DNA of 63,445 nt, the filler included. It is 8 parts of 8 records of this genome, joined end to end, with 100 filler letters (N's around TTAATTAATTAA, not from the genome) between each part and the next. Parts side by side here need not be neighbours in the genome. Positions count along the whole stretch, not along the records: positions 5,880 to 21,245 come from SRR31147125_10356; 7 more parts are not named here. One strand, given 5' to 3'. Both the position numbers and the translations under genes were made by a program. Under the pieces are notes generated by a model, which searched no databases, had not been told where the DNA came from, and was given only the letters and a program-made list of their open reading frames with translations. Below are positions 10,007 to 18,087 of the stretch, in pieces (within the stretch, counting starts at the first letter, position 1; each line of letters starts with the position of its first letter).

Positions 10007-10380
10007 GATATCCTCCTAAAAACTAAAAGGTCAGATTTATCAAGCAAAGTATCAATAATAACATCAATCCTCTGCTCTCTTGTCATCTGACCTTTACCAA
10101 GCCCAAACTCAATCCTAGTATCGCCCTCGGTTAAAGCCGCAACAGCAGATCCAATATCAATCCCAATATCCTGTCCACTGTTTTTCCTCGTATGTAAATA
10201 CTCACCACAAACTAAGTCTATCCATTTATAGTACAGCTCACTAGGCACTTCAACCACATTACATTCGTTTTTTATATCAGCTTCCGCCTTTTCAATTAAA
10301 TATACAATCATAGGTTCATCCAAAGTGGAATCTATGCCAAAATACTCAAGTCTATACTTAACATCAAAAAAGCTAATCAT
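10000..10380 (-). CDS. Phage head-tail connector protein
   Basis: IKNECNV.EVP.EL, LTEGDT.I.F and FRRISW motifs. Probable start ATG 10380. Confidence 0.75.
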   Translation of the reverse strand: MISFFDVKYRLEYFGIDSTLDEPMIVYLIEKAEADIKNECNVVEVPSELYYKWIDLVCGEYLHTRKNSGQDIGIDIGSAVAALTEGDTRIEFGLGKGQMTREQRIDVIIDTLLDKSDLLVFRRISW

Positions 10381-10573
10381 CTTTGCCACCAATATTCATC
10401 CTGTCAGAATCACCGGTTTCTTCAACATCAGAAAGGTTACTCAAAACACGAATCTCTTTTAAAGCACTAGTCTTATATACACCGTTTTCAAACTTCTTCT
10501 TTTTACCACTAACATAAAATGATAAGCTAGGGTACCTTCTACACTCAAAAGTATGTATATTCGCTTTAGCCAT
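10373..10573 (-). CDS. Small capsid-associated hypothetical protein
   Basis: ORF directly after the major capsid gene; YPSLSFYV..KF.NG.YKT. Probable start 10573. Confidence 0.6.
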   Translation of the reverse strand: MAKANIHTFECRRYPSLSFYVSGKKKKFENGVYKTSALKEIRVLSNLSDVEETGDSDRMNIGGKDD

Positions 10574-10674
10574 ATTTTTTGACCATCCTTTCATCTACAA
10601 AATACAAAACACGATAAAACCACTAGGCTAAATCGCATCTCATTGCAAATTGTATTAAGTTTCAAACTTACCAC

Positions 10675-11778
10675 CTACTTAATGTTTTTAAGTCTAGCGT
10701 GTGCTTTTTCCTCTTCAAACTTAAAAGTATATTCACCAAGCACCATACCCTTATAAGTATCGCCAGTCTTACCAAGATACTCGTGGAACATGCTTCTCTT
10801 ACCAAGAGGATGAACACTCATTCTAGAATGATCTAAAAATAGTATTTCATCAGTCTTTAAATTATTATTAGAAATAACAGGGAAAATACCATCATCAGTC
10901 TGAATAAAGTTAACAGTATAACCACGGACAGTATCCTCTCTACCTTGCGACCCATTATCAGCAACCATAAGGTCAGAAACCTTAGCAACCATAGAAGGAT
11001 GCATATGGAAGTTATAACTAGCCTTGCCACTCTTAAATCCGCCTGCTAAGTTAACTTCTCTTGTCATATCCTTTAGCATATCTATACTAACATCAACACC
11101 ACCAGCATCAGAAATATTCGTTGTCAAAAATTGCTTTACTCCACCCATAAAACGTTTAGCACCATCAACCGACTCATATTTAATCCCCTGAACCAAAGCT
11201 TTTTCCAAAGATAAGAATAGTTCAGTCTGTCTCTTAACTCTTCTTCTTTCATACTCAGAAACAACACCATATTGATCCAGTTCCTGAATAGTTCCAGAAA
11301 CCTCAATAGTATCCGTAAATATCTGAGTAAAGTTTGCTTTCTTTACTCTTTGTTTAGCTCTAGCATCTCTCGCCTCTTGTCCTTCAACAGAATCAACAAA
11401 AAGATACTCAATAATCTCACCGTTAGAAATAGCAGCAGCAGTTGTACCATTATATCCTCTTACAACGGTTAAATTCTTAGTAGTCTCATTCACCTCAGAA
11501 ATCAAAACAAGCTCTTCACCTATTCTCGCAACCGAATCCTTAGTAAATGGCTCAGTGTCGTCAACAACAACGTTTACGCCACTATCAGTTACAGACCCCT
11601 CCACACTACTTTGGGTTGCAAACATCCCATCTTCCACCCACTCATAGTTCGTGTTCTTTATTGGTGTACCAAACCCAATAGCACTAATAATAGGCACTTG
11701 CGTTGGATCCAAAAGCAGATAATCATCTTGAACCGCTTCTTTTTTACCAACAATCAACTTACTTAAAACATCACTCAA
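10675..11778 (-). CDS. Major capsid protein (DUF5309/SU10-like) with beta-rich insertion
   Basis: YEWVED, NFTQIFTDTIEVSGT, RFMGG and LGKTGD..KGM..GEYT motifs; insert with VVRGYNGTTAAA. TTG start after GAGG. Confidence 0.85.
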   Translation of the reverse strand: MSDVLSKLIVGKKEAVQDDYLLLDPTQVPIISAIGFGTPIKNTNYEWVEDGMFATQSSVEGSVTDSGVNVVVDDTEPFTKDSVARIGEELVLISEVNETTKNLTVVRGYNGTTAAAISNGEIIEYLFVDSVEGQEARDARAKQRVKKANFTQIFTDTIEVSGTIQELDQYGVVSEYERRRVKRQTELFLSLEKALVQGIKYESVDGAKRFMGGVKQFLTTNISDAGGVDVSIDMLKDMTREVNLAGGFKSGKASYNFHMHPSMVAKVSDLMVADNGSQGREDTVRGYTVNFIQTDDGIFPVISNNNLKTDEILFLDHSRMSVHPLGKRSMFHEYLGKTGDTYKGMVLGEYTFKFEEEKAHARLKNIK

Positions 11779-11796
11779 TTCTTTTTACCTCTTTCC

Positions 11797-12279
11797 TTAA
11801 TTTTCGCTTTCTATTTTAGCCCTCGATAAAGCCACACTATTTTCAAACGTAGGCTTTTTCTCAAAGGCTAACTTAGCTCTTTCATACTCACTTCTTACAT
11901 CCGATACATTATCAACGCTCTCCGCAGGCTTAACTCCATTAATAACAGGCTCAATTTTATCTCCAAACAAAAATCCAGCACTCTTATCATCCATCAAAGC
12001 CTCAATCTGATCATTAAGTCCAACAATATCATCCCCATCAAAGGTTATTTTCCCCATATCAAGAAGCGCCTTTGTTGCCTTTATATTTTTAGCATTGGCC
12101 TTACTAAGCGCCGAATCAACAGCATGACTTAACTTCATATCCCTAAGTGCCTTGTCATAATTCTCTTTAACAACTTTGTTCTCATCTTGCATCTTCTCAA
12201 TTTCAGCCATAACCTTATCAACAACTCCATCCTTAAGACCAAGTCTTTTCAAAAATCCTTTATCCATTCTTTCCTCCAT
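11797..12279 (-). CDS. Capsid scaffolding protein (GP20-like), short
   Basis: FLK.LGL....DKVMAE, AL.KANAKN.KA.KALLD and GLNDQIEAL....FLF motifs; directly upstream of the capsid gene. Confidence 0.85.
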   Translation of the reverse strand: MEERMDKGFLKRLGLKDGVVDKVMAEIEKMQDENKVVKENYDKALRDMKLSHAVDSALSKANAKNIKATKALLDMGKITFDGDDIVGLNDQIEALMDDKSAGFLFGDKIEPVINGVKPAESVDNVSDVRSEYERAKLAFEKKPTFENSVALSRAKIESEN

Positions 12280-12316
12280 AAACTTTTCACCGTTATAAAC
12301 TTTATTTATAAAAAAT

Positions 12317-12339
12317 AAAAAAACATGCTTTCACATGTT
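12317..12339 (-). terminator. Intrinsic terminator inside late operon (portal to scaffold)
   Basis: Minus strand AACATGT-GAAA-GCATGTT-TTTTT: 7-bp stem, GNRA loop and U tract. Confidence 0.6.
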
Positions 12340-12431
12340 ACTTTACAAAAATCAATAGTTACACTTTTAAAGAGTTTACTTGTGTCTATAAACCAAAATA
12401 CTGGCTTAAAAAATATTACACAAAATTTATA

Positions 12432-12620
12432 AGAACGTTATCCGTTCCTCCAAACATCCTGCCATCCACAAATATCGCATTAATTTTATTAGAACAAGCC
12501 GTTCCTCCACTCCAAATAGAAACCTCAAACGTAGCATTTATGACCTTTAGGTTGCTATTAAATATTAGAACGCTATCCATTCCTCAAAACAACTTTTCCA
12601 TCCTCAAATATCCCACATAA
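12432..12620. repeat. Degenerate direct repeats (about 55 bp, two copies plus a partial)
   Basis: AGAACGTTATCCGTTCCTCCAAAC...CCATCCACAAATATC (from 12432) versus AGAACGCTATCCATTCCTCAAAAC...CCATCCTCAAATATC (from 12567). Pieces recur at 5947-5960 and 6693-6707. Confidence 0.7.
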
Positions 12621-12713
12621 TTCATAAATTTAGAGTAGACAACAAGCCCCTTATAAATCATCCATATTAAAAGCACTAAAATAACTACCACCACAATGCT
12701 CCTTATTTTTTCA

Positions 12714-14099
12714 CTAAACCCCCTGCTCCAAAACAGCCTTAATCTCTTTATCAAAATCATCAACAAAAGGATGCTTAGCAACAAGCGTCCTGTTAGAAAT
12801 TATACCAACAGACTTTGTAATATCGTCAATCAAAGTAGATGTATTAATCATAACGTCTCTATTAAAAACAAACTCAACATTTTCATCAAAATCATTATTA
12901 TCTTCCAAACTCAAAAATTGATTTACAAACCAAATCAAACAATCCATGCTATAAGTAAATTCAGCCTCAATGCCATTAGCATCAAGGTCAATATCAGAAT
13001 ACATAGATTGAATATTCATCTGATTAGGATTACCACTCATACGCTCATCTTTAGCATCAAAACCCTTAGCATTTTCAATCAAAGACTTCTTCAAAATGCC
13101 CAATATAACCTGATAATTTTCGCTACTAACTTCAACACTTAACGTCCTAACATCTCCACCTGCTTCACCATCAACATTTCTAACTTTAACTGCACCATAA
13201 GTTGCAAGATTCTTCCTAAACTCGCCCAAATCCTGTCCATCATAATTCACAACCACCATAATAGTGTTTCTAGCATCTTCACACATATTGTCCATAAAAT
13301 TAGACGTAATTGTATTAACAGCATCTTGCAACGACTTTACTTTACATATAAGCGGAATCTCTTTGCGATTAGCCTTAAACGCAACCAATGGTATCCTATC
13401 CCAATTATAATCCTGCTTTTTATCTCCATTATCTATCGTAAAGTAAGCCTGCTTATCACATTCTGGCTTCAGTATTCCCTTCTCCAAACTGTAATACTCA
13501 ATACCATCCAGCTTATATACTTCAACCTTCTCTAAAGTAACATGGTTTTTTCCATCATAAGCTTCAACTTCATACAACCTAACTGCCATATCAAGCTCAG
13601 TATGTGCCCTGTCTTTCCAAAACGGTAATACCTCATACGCAGGGATAATCCTAAACTGTGGCATATTCTGTTCAATATAAAAGTAAACATAGCCTGCACC
13701 TTGGTTAAGAGCATCTTCCAAAACATGCTTTAATAAAAGCATAAATCCTTTATCAAATACCTTACATAGCTCTCCAGAAAAATAATCGTCATTACACTTT
13801 AAAGTCAAAGGTTTTCCCAATAAATAGTTCACCTTCTGGTCCACCACTTTTTGATACTGATTATCCAAAATGATGTTATTTGGAAGATTTTCAACTTCAA
13901 AGAGCATACCGTCTTTACCGATAGTAGTACGTAATTTTTTTAATATATCATGCTCACCACTATAGTACTTTTCCCCCAATAACTGATTCTTCCTCCAAGA
14001 GCTTTCCTTCCATCTTGCTATCTCTTGCTCCAAAAATCCTTTCTCACTTAACGCTTTACCAGAATAAAACTTAATCTTCTCTTTAATCAATTCGTTCAT
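12714..14099 (-). CDS. Phage portal protein, SPP1 gp6 family
   Basis: LPNN....NQY...VDQKVNYLLGKP, WDRIPLVAFK and GNPNQMNIQSMYSDIDLDAN motifs; follows TerL. Confidence 0.92.
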   Translation of the reverse strand: MNELIKEKIKFYSGKALSEKGFLEQEIARWKESSWRKNQLLGEKYYSGEHDILKKLRTTIGKDGMLFEVENLPNNIILDNQYQKVVDQKVNYLLGKPLTLKCNDDYFSGELCKVFDKGFMLLLKHVLEDALNQGAGYVYFYIEQNMPQFRIIPAYEVLPFWKDRAHTELDMAVRLYEVEAYDGKNHVTLEKVEVYKLDGIEYYSLEKGILKPECDKQAYFTIDNGDKKQDYNWDRIPLVAFKANRKEIPLICKVKSLQDAVNTITSNFMDNMCEDARNTIMVVVNYDGQDLGEFRKNLATYGAVKVRNVDGEAGGDVRTLSVEVSSENYQVILGILKKSLIENAKGFDAKDERMSGNPNQMNIQSMYSDIDLDANGIEAEFTYSMDCLIWFVNQFLSLEDNNDFDENVEFVFNRDVMINTSTLIDDITKSVGIISNRTLVAKHPFVDDFDKEIKAVLEQGV

Positions 14100-14195
14100 A
14101 TTTCCCTCTCACATATACAATACTCATTAGCACATTAAGCCCAAATCCATTTTTACACATGTCCCTTAGTTATCCAAAATTAAAATTCTTCCATC

Positions 14196-15470
14196 CTAAT
14201 CAAAACTAAACTTCTCAGAATTTATCACATCTTCCATAGCATATCTCATAGCATCCATAAGATGATTAAAATCATCAATAGGCTTATTTATAGGTTTACC
14301 AAATCCATCTTTATCCCAAGTATAATTACTAACTTCAGTCAAAAAATTAACGCATCGCGGATGTATAATTAGTCTAAAATCAAATATCCTCTGTATTCCA
14401 TTCAAAACACTATCAGCACCTTTTTTTGCAGTTTGAATTCTATATAGCCCAAATTCTCTAAGCTCAGCTATGCTCTTCGGTTCAGCAGAATCAGCTCGTA
14501 TGCGCTCTTTTGCATAACCCTTTATGCTTATCTCAGCATATATCTGCTTGTTGGTCAGTCCCTTTTTATACATCTCATCAAAAACATGTATTTCTTTATT
14601 TGCACTATCAACAAGCCCACAAAATAAAGCAGAGGGATCATTTGTATACCCAAAGTCCAACCCAAAAGCAGATTTGACTCCACTCTTTCTTGTTACTTCA
14701 TTTATATCAAATTCTTTTTCCACCCAGTTTTCATATATAAGCCCATCAGATACCCCCCACTCACCAAGACCAGCAACTTTATATCGCTTAGGATTATTAA
14801 TCCTCATATCCTCAAAAAGCTTCATATCAGCATCATCCAAAAACTCATTGCAAATATAGTTAGTCGTCTTCGCCAAAATCTGTCCGTCTTCCGAAATATT
14901 CGAAATACTACTGTCAGAAAACCCATCAAAAAAACGTTTCTTTATCCATATTCTCTCATTCCAAGGATTAAACGTAAGTGTTATCTGTTTAAACAACTTA
15001 GCCGGAACTTGTCCCCTAATGCTCTCGTCGAGCATATCAAAGTCTTCTTCCTTACTAATCTCAAAAGCCTCTTCAATCCAGCACCAGCAAAGATAACCAG
15101 TTTCAACGGTTACAGATGTAACTTTCATAGGATCATCAAGCCCGCGGAATAATATTTTCTGCCCTGTGGGTTTGTATTTAAGCTCCAATGGCGATTCTTT
15201 AATAGCCCAAGCTTGCGAAACATTCAGACTTTCAATAGCCCACTTAAGCTCAGCAAAGCAGCTATCCTTAAGTGTCCTAAAAACTTTTCTAACTACAAGC
15301 GCATTACTATCTTTATACATCATAATGTGGCTTATAAGCCAAAGAGCAGTTGTTTTAGACTTTTTTGAAGCGCGAGACCCTTTACACACCCTATACCTGC
15401 CCCTAAATTCCCAAAAATCCTTATATCCTTTACCAACCAAGCTCGGTAGGTCAACAGTCTCAGTCTTCAA
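14196..15470 (-). CDS. terL: Terminase large subunit, PBSX family
   Basis: Walker A-like KGSRASKKSKT, WIEEA Walker B, LTFNP, GLDFGYTNDP and NHLMDAMRYA nuclease motifs. Confidence 0.95.
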   Translation of the reverse strand: MKTETVDLPSLVGKGYKDFWEFRGRYRVCKGSRASKKSKTTALWLISHIMMYKDSNALVVRKVFRTLKDSCFAELKWAIESLNVSQAWAIKESPLELKYKPTGQKILFRGLDDPMKVTSVTVETGYLCWCWIEEAFEISKEEDFDMLDESIRGQVPAKLFKQITLTFNPWNERIWIKKRFFDGFSDSSISNISEDGQILAKTTNYICNEFLDDADMKLFEDMRINNPKRYKVAGLGEWGVSDGLIYENWVEKEFDINEVTRKSGVKSAFGLDFGYTNDPSALFCGLVDSANKEIHVFDEMYKKGLTNKQIYAEISIKGYAKERIRADSAEPKSIAELREFGLYRIQTAKKGADSVLNGIQRIFDFRLIIHPRCVNFLTEVSNYTWDKDGFGKPINKPIDDFNHLMDAMRYAMEDVINSEKFSFD

Positions 15471-15855
15471 GTTTATCCATCCCCTTAAAAACTACAATAA
15501 CAGCCTCATCCTTTTTACTAGTAACAAGAGTTTTCCCCAAAACCTCCAAAGCCCTAAATCGATCTTTATCAACAGCCTTTTTACCCCTAGCAATATCAGT
15601 AAAGTCTCTCATAATCTCCTCTTCTGTAGCAATCTCACTGCAATAATTTTTATCCTCATCAGCAACCTTGCTTATAAAACTCTTATCGCGGATATCTTCC
15701 ATATATTTCTTAACCTCTTGCTTTTCCAAAATCTTTGTCGCCAAAGCAAAAGCTGACTCTCTATTTTTACAATTTAAATAAACACTCAAATAAGCACTAG
15801 CTGCATCCTTACATATCAAATATTCGTCTACAAACTTTTTCTGTTTTTCAGTCAT
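15460..15855 (-). CDS. terS: Terminase small subunit
   Basis: MTEKQKKFVDEYL...A..AY, IAT.EEI....T.IARG and DR.RALE.LGK. ATG 15855 after GGAG; overlaps TerL. Confidence 0.88.
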   Translation of the reverse strand: MTEKQKKFVDEYLICKDAASAYLSVYLNCKNRESAFALATKILEKQEVKKYMEDIRDKSFISKVADEDKNYCSEIATEEEIMRDFTDIARGKKAVDKDRFRALEVLGKTLVTSKKDEAVIVVFKGMDKLED

Positions 15856-15939
15856 ATATCTTCTCCAAAAAGCAATAATAAAAAAATATCGCAAAAACTA
15901 TTATCAGGGTTTATCTCGTACCCATAAATTTTCAAAATC

Positions 15940-15968
15940 AAAAAGAAGCACTTTTTACAATGCTTCTT
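15940..15968 (-). terminator. Intrinsic terminator just downstream of late promoter
   Basis: Minus strand AAGAAGCA-(10 nt)-TGCTTCTT-TTT. Confidence 0.55.
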
Positions 15969-15989
15969 CCAATAAATTATCACTATATG

Positions 15990-16022
15990 ATACTACCACC
16001 AATCATCGGCGATAAACGGCAA
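15990..16022 (-). promoter_or_regulatory. Putative late promoter with activator direct repeat
   Basis: Minus strand ttGCCGtttatcGCCG (10-bp period) in place of a -35, then extended -10 TGGTAGTAT. Lies between the ArpU-like gene and terS. Confidence 0.6.
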
Positions 16023-16045
16023 TATTAATTTTATTATATCAACAT

Positions 16046-16507
16046 CTAAAAACCACAAGCACGCTTAATCTTAGCTAGAGCTACATTCTTAATATTCCTG
16101 CACTGTCTTTCACTATAAGCAATAACATATCCAATTTGCTTTGCCTGTCTACGCTCAAAGTACCTAAGTCTAATATATTGATATTCATGCGAGAGCAAAT
16201 CAGCCCTTTTAACATTATCTTTAATCATCATCTGCTGAGTCTCACAAGAAGCAATTTCTTGGCCGATTTTTAGTATCTTTTTATTCATCTCATCTTGAAT
16301 CTCAATAACTGTATCGAGCACAGGATTGCTAACTTTATTCGTCCTTGCAACTTTAGTATCACTCATACCAGATACTTTCACACTATTAGCAATATAGTCC
16401 ATCTCACTTATCATCTCTTTTCGCTTATATTTAAGCTCTTCAATCTCTACCTTCAATCTATGATAACCATATAAATATTTCTCAGTACCGCTTAGTCTTG
16501 TCGCCAT
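16046..16507 (-). CDS. ArpU/RinA-like late transcriptional regulator (sigma4-like HTH)
   Basis: EKYLYGY..LK, coiled coil, SNPV, and C-terminal IRLRYFE....QIG..IAYSERQC.NIK..AL.KI. Immediately upstream of terS. Confidence 0.8.
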   Translation of the reverse strand: MATRLSGTEKYLYGYHRLKVEIEELKYKRKEMISEMDYIANSVKVSGMSDTKVARTNKVSNPVLDTVIEIQDEMNKKILKIGQEIASCETQQMMIKDNVKRADLLSHEYQYIRLRYFERRQAKQIGYVIAYSERQCRNIKNVALAKIKRACGF

Positions 16508-16568
16508 ATATTCTCCTTACTTTCAATTATATATTCCAAGTTCTATATTCAAAATAATTCTTACTACT

Positions 16569-16931
16569 TTACAAACAATCAACCCTTTTAGTATTACAAT
16601 TAAGGTTATTTATTACGGTTTTCTCAATAAGTTTTATTCGCCTCTGTACTTTTTTCGAATTTCTTTCTAATTCATCATAAAACCTCGTCCTATCCCAGCA
16701 GCAAAGTTTAACAATAATATCCAAATTCTCTCCACGAATAATAGAAGAAGCCACCAACGTCAAAGTCATGTCAGAAAACTCTCTTTGCTTCGCATTAACA
16801 AGCTTTTCCAGCTTCTGCTTTCGCTTCTCATTAGAATAATATTCATACCTACATGAGACGCAGCAAAACATATGCCTAAAATCTCTTTTTAAAAATACAC
16901 TCCCACAATTTCTACAATAATCATTCTGCAT
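16569..16931 (-). CDS. Zinc-finger phage protein, first gene of leftward operon
   Basis: CRNC-x11-CCVSC motif, GGAG RBS and a helical C-terminus. Confidence 0.65.
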   Translation of the reverse strand: MQNDYCRNCGSVFLKRDFRHMFCCVSCRYEYYSNEKRKQKLEKLVNAKQREFSDMTLTLVASSIIRGENLDIIVKLCCWDRTRFYDELERNSKKVQRRIKLIEKTVINNLNCNTKRVDCL

Positions 16932-16972
16932 TAATATTCTCCATTACCATTATTATTATTTTCTCCGCGCCA

Positions 16973-17065
16973 CTTACATTGTAAGCAAATATTAGCATAT
17001 AATACTTACTGTGTCAATTTTATTTTTCTGCATATGTTGACAAAGTTACATCCCTTGTGTACTAT
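16973..17065. promoter_or_regulatory. Divergent sigmaA promoters with palindromic operator
   Basis: Leftward TTGACA(17017-17012)-17bp-TGcTAATAT. Rightward TTGACA(17037)-17bp-TACTAT. Perfect palindrome CTTACATTGTAAG at 16973-16985. Confidence 0.75.
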
Positions 17066-17085
17066 TCTATTAAAAGGAGAAAATT

Positions 17086-17433
17086 ATGAATAAACGTTTA
17101 AAAACAATTCGGAAATATCTAGGTCTTACTCAATCAGATTTTGGAGAAAGAGTTAATCTAAAAAGGAATACAATTACACTTATTGAAAATGAACAAAGAA
17201 ACATAACCGATAGAACAATATCCGATATATGTAGAGAATTTAGTGTAAACGAATCATGGCTTCGATTTGGCGAAGGTGATATGTTCAAAAAACCAAACTC
17301 ACTTCTCGAACTTCTAGGTGATAAGTTAGATGAACTTACACAAGAAGACAAATCGTTTCTTTGTAATTTTCTAAATATGACCAAGCAGGAAAGAGAAGCA
17401 CTTTCAAGCATATTAAACAAACTGGCAGAATAA
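17086..17433 (+). CDS. XRE-family HTH repressor (CI-like, no peptidase domain)
   Basis: RLK.IRK.LGLTQ.DFGE.VNL....I..IEN and F.VNESWLRFGEG.MF; 115 aa; AAGGAG RBS. Confidence 0.9.
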   Translation: MNKRLKTIRKYLGLTQSDFGERVNLKRNTITLIENEQRNITDRTISDICREFSVNESWLRFGEGDMFKKPNSLLELLGDKLDELTQEDKSFLCNFLNMTKQEREALSSILNKLAE

Positions 17434-17488
17434 ACTATACAACTACTTTATTTTTTGATTAAGGAAAAAAGGTTATAATTCAAATCAA

Positions 17489-17632
17489 TCATTTTCTATT
17501 ACATCTTTTTAAATATAACCTAAATACAAATTCAAATACATTATTAAGGTTATTATCATCCAACTTTTTCAGCATTATATTTATCTGCTTTTCTTTATAT
17601 ATTCTCTTGTTCACACTATAATCTTCTTTCAT
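17489..17632 (-). CDS. Small 47-aa protein convergent with repressor (possible anti-repressor); not in ORF track
   Basis: MKEDYSVNKRIYKEKQINIMLKKLDDNNLNNVFEFVFRLYLKRCNRK*, with GGAGG upstream. Confidence 0.55.
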   Translation of the reverse strand: MKEDYSVNKRIYKEKQINIMLKKLDDNNLNNVFEFVFRLYLKRCNRK

Positions 17633-18024
17633 ATAGCTAAAAACTGCCTCCATAACTTCAAGTATAAAAACTGTATATATACTCGGTAAAAATACTTAGC
17701 CACAAAAACTCAAATATCAATCAAATTTTTAATTCGTATTTTTTAAGTGTGTCCGCATAAAACCGTCTTTCATAATCACTACAGTCATAAACATCAATAA
17801 TCAGCGCATATCCAACATATTCTACCATAAGATTTTTTGCAAAATTGTTGAATTGTGTCGTTTTATGTATTTTTTTGACGTTTATATGTACAAATTATAA
17901 TTTATGTAATATAATTTAAAATTAGTCATAAATATAGTAAGCTTAAAGTTTGGTGTTTTTCGACCTAAAAATTACATAAAAAGTCAATGCATTTCGATTC
18001 AAACAAAATAAATGCTAGCAAAAC

Positions 18025-18062
18025 AAAAAGCCGCAATAGGCATTACACCCATCGCAGCTTTT
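18025..18062 (-). terminator. Terminator of eda-kdgK
   Basis: Minus strand AAGCTGCGATGGG...CCTATTGCGGCTT-TTT after the kdgK stop. Confidence 0.6.
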
Positions 18063-18087
18063 GTCAGTTCAATATATTATTTTAAGT

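Larger units (their letters stand above)
6012..17632 (-). mobile_element. Phage-derived head plus contractile tail element (PBSX/GTA-like or defective prophage), 3' end truncated by contig break
   Basis: Gene order repressor / Zn-finger / ArpU / terS / terL / portal / scaffold / MCP / neck / sheath / tube / chaperone. No integrase or replication gene between the repressor and kdgK. Confidence 0.85.

Noticed and set aside
12433-12504. LexA/SOS boxes (GAAC...GTTC)
   Set aside because: Spacers are 7 and 5 nt rather than the 4 nt of the Firmicute GAAC-N4-GTTC box, and they are not at a promoter.
12432-12620. CRISPR array
   Set aside because: Only two to three degenerate copies with irregular spacing, no constant-length spacers and no cas genes.
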